Source: an uncultured Candidatus Saccharibacteria bacterium | GTDB lineage: Bacteria > Patescibacteriota > Minisyncoccia > UBA6257 > GWB1-50-10 | NCBI GenBank assembly: GCA_964356375.1 | Contig: CAYHGT010000002.1 | Coordinates: 7,056 to 71,055, forward strand | Length of the DNA: 64,000 nucleotides | Direction of reading: 5' to 3' | In this document: positions 50,739 to 59,181 of the stretch, piece by piece | Layout: every line of letters begins with the position of its first letter | How positions within the stretch are numbered: position 1 is the stretch's first letter | Notes under the pieces: model-generated | What the model was told of the DNA's origin: nothing | The model's input: only the letters and a program-made list of their open reading frames with translations | Databases searched by the model: none | Position numbers and translations under genes: made by a program

Positions 50739-51194
50739 ATGGAACAATTCAAACTAAAAACTTCGGCATTTAAGGAGGGGGAAACAATCCCACCGAAATA
50801 CACCTGCGACGGCGAGGATGTAAATCCGCTTTTGGAAATCAGGAACGTGCCACCAGAAACGAAATCGCTCGCGCTTATTATGGATGACCCCGATTCATCA
50901 AGGGGTGTACCGTTTGACCACTGGATTGTCTGGAACATTGACCCGAAAACACAATATATTTCAGAGGACAATCTTCCATCAAATGCGGTGTTCGGCGCAA
51001 ACAGTTGGGGTAAGCCAAAATATATTGGTCCATGCCCGCCAAAGGGAAAGCCCGCACATCATTATGTATTTACACTCTACGCTTTGAGCGAGATGCTTCA
51101 ATTACCGACTAACTCCACAAAAGATGAGCTTCTCCGCGTAATGGAACAACACATCATTGAACATACGAGTGTTATCGGTATGTATGGCCGATAA
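50739..51194 (+). CDS. YbhB/YbcL (PEBP) family protein
   Basis: YTCDG, DDPD, HW, GPCPP, H.Y.F.LYAL. Confidence 0.95.
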   Translation: MEQFKLKTSAFKEGETIPPKYTCDGEDVNPLLEIRNVPPETKSLALIMDDPDSSRGVPFDHWIVWNIDPKTQYISEDNLPSNAVFGANSWGKPKYIGPCPPKGKPAHHYVFTLYALSEMLQLPTNSTKDELLRVMEQHIIEHTSVIGMYGR

Positions 51195-51309
51195 TTTTGA
51201 ATTTAAGATTGAATAATTAAAAATTGAATAATTTTTTCTTACATAAGAATTTTCCCGTTGAAACATAATCTTTCAATTTTTCAATCCTTCAATTTTCAAT
51301 AATCACCTA

Positions 51310-51696
51310 ATGAAACCGCCAAAAAACGATTCCAAATATGTTTGGACATCGCACGCGTGGGGAAAAATGCAACACTACGCAATTTCGGAACAACGCATTA
51401 AGCGCATTGTCCGATTTCCTACGCGTGTAGAAGAGGGAATTGCCGAAGACACAATTGCGGCAATGGTACCCGCGGGCACAAAAGGGCAACAAGAAATCTG
51501 GGTGATGTACTCAATCGTAACTCCGAAGAAACCGGAAAAAGCGAAAACTGACGATGCGGTTGAAAAATCCATTGCAAATTATTTTTTGCCAAACAAAAAA
51601 ATCCGAATAATAACCACGTGGCGCTATCCGGGTAAAAGCCCGTCCCGCGACCCGATTCCTGCAGAAGTATTAGCCGAACTCCGCGGTCTTTTGTAA
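51310..51696 (+). CDS. hypothetical protein (DUF4258-like)
   Basis: WTSHA..KM....ISE..I; IITTWRYPG. Confidence 0.7.
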   Translation: MKPPKNDSKYVWTSHAWGKMQHYAISEQRIKRIVRFPTRVEEGIAEDTIAAMVPAGTKGQQEIWVMYSIVTPKKPEKAKTDDAVEKSIANYFLPNKKIRIITTWRYPGKSPSRDPIPAEVLAELRGLL

Positions 51697-51710
51697 AAAA
51701 GTTTAGACTT

Positions 51711-51731
51711 GTATGCTAAGATTTAGCATAC
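51711..51731. promoter_or_regulatory. palindromic operator overlapping the HTH gene promoter
   Basis: GTATGCTAA-GAT-TTAGCATAC between TAGACT (-35) and CATACT (-10). Confidence 0.7.
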
Positions 51732-51762
51732 TAGCAAAAGCATCAACGGGAGGAGGTAGTCC

Positions 51763-51954
51763 ATGGAAAAAATCCATATAGAATTACAGGAGTTGGTGGT
51801 TACTTTTTTAGCAGTCCATCCTGGATTTGAGGGAAAGAAGCAGCTTGCCGACAAGCTTTACGTGTCTATGCCGACCGTCGAGCGTTGGGCCAGAGGAAAG
51901 AATCTTCCCTCTACAAAGCTTGCCACGACACTTGTTGGGGCCATGAATGAGTAA
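51763..51954 (+). CDS. XRE-type HTH protein (SD-led cassette)
   Basis: QLADKLYVSMPTVERWARGKNLP; SD GGGAGGAGGT; terminator 51959-51988. Confidence 0.85.
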   Translation: MEKIHIELQELVVTFLAVHPGFEGKKQLADKLYVSMPTVERWARGKNLPSTKLATTLVGAMNE

Positions 51955-52029
51955 CGCCATGAGCGGAATTGTATTCCGCTCATTTTTTATTTGTGAAACT
52001 TCAAAAAAATCGGTAGAATAAACTAAACT

Positions 52030-53025
52030 ATGAAACTTTCTATTGGCATTGTGGGGCTCCCAAACGTAGGCAAATCAACCCTTTTCAAAATCTTAACGAA
52101 ACAGGAGGTGCATATCGCAAACTATCCGTTTGCAACTATTGACCCGAATGTAGGCGTGGTGCTTGTACCCGACGAGCGGTTGGAAAAACTCACCAAACTT
52201 TCAAACTCAAAAAAGACCGTGCCTGCGGTTGTAGAATTTTATGACATTGCTGGGCTTGTGAGGGGCGCGCACGATGGCGAGGGACTCGGCAATCAATTCC
52301 TAGCAAACATTCGCGAGTGCAAAGCAATCGTACAAGTGCTTCGCTGTTTTCCGCTTGGCGATATTATTCACGTAGAAGGGACGACGGACCCACTTCGCGA
52401 TATGGATATCATCGCAACCGAACTTATGTTCAAGGACTTGGAAACAGTCACGAAGCGGTTGGAAAAGCTTGAAAAAGATATTCGTTCTGGCGACAAAAAA
52501 GCAATGCACGATGCGGGCGTTTTGAAACTTGTAAAAGAGGATTTAGAAAGGGGAAATCCTGCAAAGAAACATAAAGGCGAGGGTATTGTGCGCGAACTTG
52601 AACTCTTAACCGCGAAGGAGCAGGTCTTCCTTTTGAATGGCGACGAGAGCGACATTTCGGAAGAACTCAAAAAGAAAATAGAAGAGGTTGGCGGTGGCTA
52701 CATAATTTTAAATCTCGCAAGTGCGGACCATATTGATGAGCTTATTAAGAAGGCGTACGAAATCTTGGATCTCATCAGCTTCTTAACGACTGGTGAAGAT
52801 GAGACGCGCGCATGGACAATTGAACGCGGGTGGAAGGCGCCACTTGCGGCTGGAACAATTCACACCGATTTTGAAAAAACATTTATCCGCGCCGAAGTTG
52901 TAAATTGGCAAAAACTTCTGGAGGCGGGTGGCTGGGGTCAGGCAAAACAAAAAGGTTGGTTGCGCCTTGAAGGAAAGGATTATGTCGTGCAAGACGGCGA
53001 CGTAATGGTCATTCGCCACGGATAA
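52030..53025 (+). CDS. ychF: redox-regulated ATPase YchF
   Basis: GLPNVGKST, NYPFATIDPN, DIAGLV, TGS domain. Confidence 0.97.
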   Translation: MKLSIGIVGLPNVGKSTLFKILTKQEVHIANYPFATIDPNVGVVLVPDERLEKLTKLSNSKKTVPAVVEFYDIAGLVRGAHDGEGLGNQFLANIRECKAIVQVLRCFPLGDIIHVEGTTDPLRDMDIIATELMFKDLETVTKRLEKLEKDIRSGDKKAMHDAGVLKLVKEDLERGNPAKKHKGEGIVRELELLTAKEQVFLLNGDESDISEELKKKIEEVGGGYIILNLASADHIDELIKKAYEILDLISFLTTGEDETRAWTIERGWKAPLAAGTIHTDFEKTFIRAEVVNWQKLLEAGGWGQAKQKGWLRLEGKDYVVQDGDVMVIRHG

Positions 53026-53033
53026 AAAACATT

Positions 53034-53816
53034 ATGCCAAATTTTGAATTGCGTCTGGAATATTTCCAAGGACCCTTAGATAAACTTCTCGGGCTTATTG
53101 AGGAGAAAAAAATGGAGGTATCGCAAGTGAGCTTAGCAAATGTCACAAACGACTTCCTAAACTATTTAGGTCAATTCAAGGTGGCGTTTACAGAAGGTCA
53201 GATCAATGAAAATTCTCCGCTTTTTGACGCGCCACCAGAACTCCTTGCGGATTTTTTGGTTGTCGCCTCACGCCTACTTCTTATTAAATCAAAGTCGCTC
53301 TTACCGTCACTTGAATTAAGCGCCGAGGAAGAGGGAGAGATTAAAGACCTTGAACACCGCCTCGCCCTTTACCGCGAATATAAAAAAACGCAGGAACACG
53401 TAAAAAGCTTGTGGAACGAGATGCCACAAATGTATACGCGTGAGTTTTTGACATCCAACGAACCGTTTTTCTATCCGCCAAACACACTAAAACCAGAGGA
53501 CATGCTCCCGCCTATTAAAAAGATTGTGGGCGACTTGGAACAACTCTTCAAACCCAAGGCGACGGTCAAAAATCAGATAATAAATATACGCACGAAAATT
53601 CAGGAGATTGTCTCACGCCTCACAAATGTGCCTACCACATTCCGTAATCTGCATGGAGGAAATGGAACTCGCGAAGAAATTGTGGTCTTGTTTTTGGCAA
53701 TCTTACACCTCATTAAGCAACAGCTCGTGCAAGTTGAGCAAACGGGACACTTTGCCGAAATGACAATTGCAAAAACCGGCTCGCGTGAATACAATAATGG
53801 AGAAGAATCAGAATAA
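53034..53816 (+). CDS. scpA: segregation/condensation protein A
   Basis: FQGPLDKLL, LLLIKSKSLLP, FLAILHL. Confidence 0.93.
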   Translation: MPNFELRLEYFQGPLDKLLGLIEEKKMEVSQVSLANVTNDFLNYLGQFKVAFTEGQINENSPLFDAPPELLADFLVVASRLLLIKSKSLLPSLELSAEEEGEIKDLEHRLALYREYKKTQEHVKSLWNEMPQMYTREFLTSNEPFFYPPNTLKPEDMLPPIKKIVGDLEQLFKPKATVKNQIINIRTKIQEIVSRLTNVPTTFRNLHGGNGTREEIVVLFLAILHLIKQQLVQVEQTGHFAEMTIAKTGSREYNNGEESE

Positions 53817-53826
53817 CAGTATGAAT

Positions 53827-53961
53827 CCCGTTAGAAGTGTCGGAACGGAAGCTCCAAAGGGATTCGTCCAGTTAGAATTTTACCAGCCCGAATAATGGAA
53901 ATTGTAGAGAAATGAAAAGTCATGAACACCAAAATAAACAAATTTATAAAACTCTAACTGG
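53827..53961. mobile_element. 135 bp compound MITE-like element at the scpB start codon
   Basis: ATGAAT|CCCGTTAGAA...CTCTAACTGG|ATGAAT (perfect 6 bp direct repeat); internal CCAGTTAGA at 53868. Confidence 0.8.
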
Positions 53962-54534
53962 ATGAATATCATTGCACAAATTGAAGCGCTTTTATTTTAC
54001 TACGGAGAACCAATAGAAATCAAAAAGATTGCGGAAATTTTGAAAATTGAGATAAGTGTATGTGAAAACGCGCTTACCGAACTTGAAAAAAACTTGTTAG
54101 AAACAGAAACGAGAGGTCTCTTGCTTCTCCGCAAAGAGAGAAAGGTTCAACTCATTACAAAGCCGGAGCTTAAACACATCGGCGAATCAATCATTAAGGA
54201 TGAGTTCCGCGAACAATTGACACCCGCCTCGCTTGAAACGCTCTCGCTCATTGCATACTTGGGACCCGTACCTCGCGCAAGTATTGATTATATTCGCGGA
54301 GTAAACTCAAGCTTTACCATTCGTAGTTTGGTGATGCGCGGATTGGTGGAGCGCGGAAATGAAAAAGGAGCATCTTTCCATTACCGAATAACCGAGCGAT
54401 TTTTAAAACATATGGGGCTCACGTCCATAGAGCAAATGCCGGAGTATGCAAAATATAAGGAAACATTGAAACAATACGAGGAGCAATTGCAACAACCTGC
54501 AGAAACGCCCACAATACAGATTCCGTCCGAATAA
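53962..54534 (+). CDS. scpB: segregation/condensation protein B
   Basis: IEALLF, LETLSLIAY, IDYIRGVNS. Confidence 0.95.
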   Translation: MNIIAQIEALLFYYGEPIEIKKIAEILKIEISVCENALTELEKNLLETETRGLLLLRKERKVQLITKPELKHIGESIIKDEFREQLTPASLETLSLIAYLGPVPRASIDYIRGVNSSFTIRSLVMRGLVERGNEKGASFHYRITERFLKHMGLTSIEQMPEYAKYKETLKQYEEQLQQPAETPTIQIPSE

Positions 54535-54554
54535 CTAATTTAAAATTAAACAGA

Positions 54555-55490
54555 ATGTCGCTTCGCATCCAAATAATAATCGTTATAGCGGTTCTCTTGT
54601 CCGCGCTGACCATTACAAGAATATTTACCTCCTCCATGATAGGTGACACAAACGCGCAAAATGATTCGGCGCTAACGACCGAGGATTCGGGAGCAATTTC
54701 CCCCACAAATCAAAAGGTGGAAGCAAAAAAAATACCGGTCAGAAAAATGGAAGTATTGGACCCGCAAGTAGACGCGGAGTCGGTACTCGTGCAATCGCTC
54801 AATCTTAATTTTCCACTCTTTAACTATCAGACATCAAAGAAGTGGCCTATTGCGTCCATTACAAAACTGATGACGGCGATTGTTATTTCCGAACAATTCG
54901 GTCTCACTAAAAAAATACCGATTACAAAAACTGCGGTTGAAGTTGAGGGGATTGCGGGTGACTTAAAAAGCGGGGAAGTATACTCATCAGAAGACCTTAT
55001 GAAGATTATGCTTCTCGTTTCTTCCAATCGCGCAGCAACCGCATTTGAAGAGTTTGTTGGGGGTAGAGAGCTGTTTGCCAATCTGCTCAACACGAAAGCG
55101 AAGAATCTCGGCATGACGCAAACCGTTTTTTATGATGGCTCAGGTCTTTCCACACAAAACGAATCAACAACAAGCGATCTTTTAAAACTTGCGAAATATC
55201 TCATTGAAAAGCACCCCGAGATAATAAGTTGGACCCGATTACAAACGATAAAGGTACAACCGATGAATACTGCTGTGAGCAGAAACGTGTACAATATAAA
55301 TACGTTTGCATCAGAAACCACATTTCTCGGCGGGAAAACAGGTACGTCGTACGAAGCGCGTGAAAATCTACTTGCGCTCTTCTCATTTGATGACGACCGC
55401 GTTGTCTACATAATTCTTGGCACACACGACCGCGTAGGACAGACGGACAAACTTCTGAAATGGATACGACAAGCATACACATTTAATTAA
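54555..55490 (+). CDS. D-alanyl-D-alanine carboxypeptidase (S11)
   Basis: SITK, SSN, KTG. Confidence 0.9.
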   Translation: MSLRIQIIIVIAVLLSALTITRIFTSSMIGDTNAQNDSALTTEDSGAISPTNQKVEAKKIPVRKMEVLDPQVDAESVLVQSLNLNFPLFNYQTSKKWPIASITKLMTAIVISEQFGLTKKIPITKTAVEVEGIAGDLKSGEVYSSEDLMKIMLLVSSNRAATAFEEFVGGRELFANLLNTKAKNLGMTQTVFYDGSGLSTQNESTTSDLLKLAKYLIEKHPEIISWTRLQTIKVQPMNTAVSRNVYNINTFASETTFLGGKTGTSYEARENLLALFSFDDDRVVYIILGTHDRVGQTDKLLKWIRQAYTFN

Positions 55491-55491
55491 T

Positions 55492-56538
55492 ATGATAATC
55501 TTTGAGGCAATTCGCATTCTGATACTCTTCGCGCTCGCGTTCGTTGTTGCGATGCTTTTTACGCCATTTGTGGTTAACCTTTTGCAAAAACTGAATGTTA
55601 AAAAAACAAACATCCGCGACGAAAGTAGCGCGCCAATTTTCTATCAATTTCATAAAGGGAAATCGGACACACCTACAATGGGGGGCATCATTATCTGGGG
55701 CACAGTAATTGGTCTCGCGATTATTTTTTTCCTTTTGCAAAAAACATTTGACGGATTTGCAAATTATTTTAACTTTGTAAGTCGCGCCGAAACATATCTA
55801 CCACTAGCATCGCTCTTTTTTGCAGCAATCATCGGGCTCGTAGACGACATCTACGGCATCGTTGGAAAAGGCCCTCATGGCGGGGGATTGAGCGTGAAAC
55901 AAAAACTTTTGCTCTACACCGTCATCTCAGCGGTGGGTGCGTGGTGGTTTTACTTCCGTCTTGGATTTAACACACTCTACATTCCGTTTTATGGAAACAT
56001 CACAATGGGCTGGTGGTATATTCCATTCTTCCTTTTTATTCTAATAGCAACTTCATTTTCTACAAACGAAACAGATGGTCTGGATGGGCTTGCGGCGGGC
56101 ACCCTTTTCTTTGCATTTGGTGCGCTCGCAGTTATTTCTTTTGCAATGCATCGCTTTGACCTCGCAGCAATGAATGCGGTTATTCTTGGAGCAATCCTTG
56201 CATTCCTATGGTTCAATATTTATCCCGCTCGTTTCTTTATGGGCGATACTGGTTCAATGTCGCTTGGTATCACGCTCGGTGTGATGGTAATGCTCACCAA
56301 CACCGCGCTTTTTCTTCCATTCTTTGGTTCAATACTTATATTTGAATCTGCAACTGTTATCATCCAGGTCACAAGTAAAAAATTGCGAGGTAAAAAAGTT
56401 TTCCTCTCCACGCCAATACATCACCACTTTGAAGCACTCGGCTGGCCGGAAAGCCAGATTACGATGCGTTTCTGGATTGTATCCATCGTGACAACCATCA
56501 TTGGTCTCACGCTTTTCTTCCTCGCAAGGTTTTTGTAA
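55492..56538 (+). CDS. mraY: phospho-N-acetylmuramoyl-pentapeptide transferase
   Basis: TPTMGG, TDGLDGL, FMGDTGS, PIHHHFE. Confidence 0.97.
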   Translation: MIIFEAIRILILFALAFVVAMLFTPFVVNLLQKLNVKKTNIRDESSAPIFYQFHKGKSDTPTMGGIIIWGTVIGLAIIFFLLQKTFDGFANYFNFVSRAETYLPLASLFFAAIIGLVDDIYGIVGKGPHGGGLSVKQKLLLYTVISAVGAWWFYFRLGFNTLYIPFYGNITMGWWYIPFFLFILIATSFSTNETDGLDGLAAGTLFFAFGALAVISFAMHRFDLAAMNAVILGAILAFLWFNIYPARFFMGDTGSMSLGITLGVMVMLTNTALFLPFFGSILIFESATVIIQVTSKKLRGKKVFLSTPIHHHFEALGWPESQITMRFWIVSIVTTIIGLTLFFLARFL

Positions 56539-56565
56539 TCAAAGAATGCTAAAATAAGAGAGTAG

Positions 56566-58062
56566 ATGTCTACGCTTATTAAAAATGGCTTGGTTTATGA
56601 CGGAAGCGGAACCGCACCCATAAAAAGGGATATTTTAATACACGGAAAATATATCGCAAAGATTGGCACACTTTCGCGCGAACATGCGGACCTTGTAATT
56701 GATGTTGGGGGCGCCTCGGTAATGCCGGGATTCATAGATGTTACCTCACACTCCGACCATTATATGTCGCTTTTCTATGAACCATATCAAGAAGATTTTA
56801 TCCGTCAGGGCATCACCACAATAATTGGGGGTAATTGTGGCGTCTCACTCGCGCCACTTTTAACGGGTTCGCTTGAATCAGTGCGTGAATGGGGAAGTGA
56901 ACACGGCACGAACGTCAGCTGGTATTCCATAAAAGAGTTTTTGCAAATGCTCTCCAAGCGAAAGCTTGGCATAAATTTCGGAACGCTCGTGGGACACACA
57001 TCCATACGCAGAGCTCTGACTCAAAATAAATTCCGCGATCTTACCGAAGAAGAGCTTGAAATGTTTAAAAAAATAGTAGTGGATGCATTAAAAGATGGCG
57101 CATTTGGACTTTCCGTGGGACTTGAACATACGCATGCTACCCGCACACCATTTTCCGAATTGCGTGAACTTGTAAAAGTGGTTACGAAGCACAATGCAAT
57201 CTATGCGGTACATTTGCGAAATACACATGAAGGACTTACCTCGTCTATTGAGGAAACCATTGAGCTAGCAACGGAAACAAATGCAAATATTGAAATCTCG
57301 CATCTACAACCACTCAAAAAATATGGAGATGCGTATGAAGAGGTGGCAAAGCAAATTGAGAAAGAATCGGCAAAACATAGAATCAATTTTGACGTGAATC
57401 CATTTGATTCTGTTCCGATGCTCATTTATGAGTTACTTCCGGTGTGGTTTGGCGAAGAAAGTATTGAATGTATGCACGAAAAGACGCTTACCAAGCCGGG
57501 ACGCGAACGACTTCTCCCATATCTCAAAGAAAACGCGCCGCGTGATTGTATCATCACACACGTACCTGATGCATCGCTAAAATATTTAGAAGGCAAATCC
57601 ATAAAAGAGTTTTCAACGCGCAACGAACTGAGGTACGAAGAAGGGATTTTGAAAATAATGGAACTGACCCACTTGCGCGCAACGCTTGCAGTAAAGATTG
57701 TGGATACGGATATGCTGAACGCATTTCTTGCACACCCCAATTCAATTGTTTCCACAAACAGCGCAAGTTTTGGGAAAAAAGAATTTAAATTCACCCCAAG
57801 CACAGAAACGTTTCCTGCGTTTTTACGATTTGCGGACGGTTCAAAATTATTGAGCATGGAAAAAGCGGTTGAAAAATCAACTTCAATGCCGGCCCAAAAA
57901 TATGGCATCGCTAAGCGTGGACGCGTTGAAGAGGGTTATTTTGCAGACATCGTTATACTTTCAAACTTTGAACCGACACACGTGTTTGTAAATGGCGCAT
58001 TAGCATTAAAGGATGGCGTGCCAACACACACATTGGAAGGAATGGCGCTTAAACGGACATAA
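56566..58062 (+). CDS. N-acyl-D-amino acid deacylase-like amidohydrolase
   Basis: IKNG.VYDGSG, PGFID.TSHSD, QGITT..GNCG.S, RG.VEEGYFADIV. Confidence 0.88.
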   Translation: MSTLIKNGLVYDGSGTAPIKRDILIHGKYIAKIGTLSREHADLVIDVGGASVMPGFIDVTSHSDHYMSLFYEPYQEDFIRQGITTIIGGNCGVSLAPLLTGSLESVREWGSEHGTNVSWYSIKEFLQMLSKRKLGINFGTLVGHTSIRRALTQNKFRDLTEEELEMFKKIVVDALKDGAFGLSVGLEHTHATRTPFSELRELVKVVTKHNAIYAVHLRNTHEGLTSSIEETIELATETNANIEISHLQPLKKYGDAYEEVAKQIEKESAKHRINFDVNPFDSVPMLIYELLPVWFGEESIECMHEKTLTKPGRERLLPYLKENAPRDCIITHVPDASLKYLEGKSIKEFSTRNELRYEEGILKIMELTHLRATLAVKIVDTDMLNAFLAHPNSIVSTNSASFGKKEFKFTPSTETFPAFLRFADGSKLLSMEKAVEKSTSMPAQKYGIAKRGRVEEGYFADIVILSNFEPTHVFVNGALALKDGVPTHTLEGMALKRT

Positions 58063-58065
58063 TAC

Positions 58066-59178
58066 ATGAATTTTAGTTTTTCAAATCCAAAAAGTTACGG
58101 GGTGGATATCGTCTTTATGGCATTTCTTGTCGTGCTCGTTATATTCGGACTCATCATGCTTACAAGCGCTTCGTCCGACCTCGCAAAAAATGGGTTTAAT
58201 GACAGTACCTATTTTTTGAAACACCAGCTTCTCAGCGGACTTTTGCCTGGTCTTGTTGGGTTTCTTATCGGCTACTTTGTTTATTATAGAACGTGGGAAA
58301 AATTCGCTCCCCATATTTTAATAATTGGAATTTTTCTTTTGCTCCTCGTCTTTATTCCATCAGTAGGACTCACATTAAAGGGTGGAACGCGCTGGATAAA
58401 TTTTGGAACCTTTTCATTTCAACCGGGCGAGGTAATGAAGCTCACATTTTTTATTTACCTCGCAGCGTGGATTAGTAAAAGTCAGCAACGCGGAAAAAGC
58501 TTATTAGGTGGTCTCGTGCCATTTTCTATCTTGGTCGGGCTTGTGATGTTCCTCCTCTTATTGCAACCAGCGACCTCCATGGCGGGACTTATTTTCCTAA
58601 CCTCGCTTCTGGTGTATTTTACTTCGGGCGCAAAAATAAAATTCGTGGCAGCGCTAGTACTTATTGCGAGTCTTGGTGCAATTATGCTTGTTTCGTTCAC
58701 ATCATATCGTTCTACACGCGTGAATACATTTTTAAATGTGGCGAGCGATCCGCAGGGGAGGGGATATCATATCGCACAAGCACAACTCGCAATCGGTTCC
58801 GGCGGACTCTTTGGCGTTGGATTTGGCAAATCAACAACAAAATATTATCTTCCCGAACCAATGGGTGATTCTATTTTTGCAGTCATATCGGAAGAATTCG
58901 GATTTATGGGCGCCGGGACACTACTTATTGTCTTCCTAGCATTTATTTGGAGAGGACTCAAAATTGCGCGAGACGCATCGGATAATTTCGGCAGGTACCT
59001 CGTGACCAGTTTTATGTGCATGTTCGGCTTGCAAACATTTGTGAATGTCGGCGCAATCTCCGGCGTCATCCCAATGACTGGCGTCCCACTCCCATTCATA
59101 AGTTACGGAGGAACAGCGCTCGCGGTTTTTTTGACCATGTGCGGTATAGTTGCTAACATATCCAAATACAAGCACTAA
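58066..59178 (+). CDS. ftsW: SEDS peptidoglycan glycosyltransferase FtsW
   Basis: RW, QPGE..K, GSGG, LPE..D.IF, TGVPLPFISYGG. Confidence 0.95.
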   Translation: MNFSFSNPKSYGVDIVFMAFLVVLVIFGLIMLTSASSDLAKNGFNDSTYFLKHQLLSGLLPGLVGFLIGYFVYYRTWEKFAPHILIIGIFLLLLVFIPSVGLTLKGGTRWINFGTFSFQPGEVMKLTFFIYLAAWISKSQQRGKSLLGGLVPFSILVGLVMFLLLLQPATSMAGLIFLTSLLVYFTSGAKIKFVAALVLIASLGAIMLVSFTSYRSTRVNTFLNVASDPQGRGYHIAQAQLAIGSGGLFGVGFGKSTTKYYLPEPMGDSIFAVISEEFGFMGAGTLLIVFLAFIWRGLKIARDASDNFGRYLVTSFMCMFGLQTFVNVGAISGVIPMTGVPLPFISYGGTALAVFLTMCGIVANISKYKH

Positions 59179-59181
59179 CTC

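Noticed and set aside
51310-51954. toxin-antitoxin pair (DUF4258-like + HTH)
   Set aside because: The HTH gene has its own promoter, operator and SD 66 nt downstream of the first gene, so there is no evidence of coupling.
15585-53961. integron attC sites (GTTAGA/TCTAAC cores)
   Set aside because: Core orientation is opposite to attC, the copies are not in arrays, and there is no integrase.
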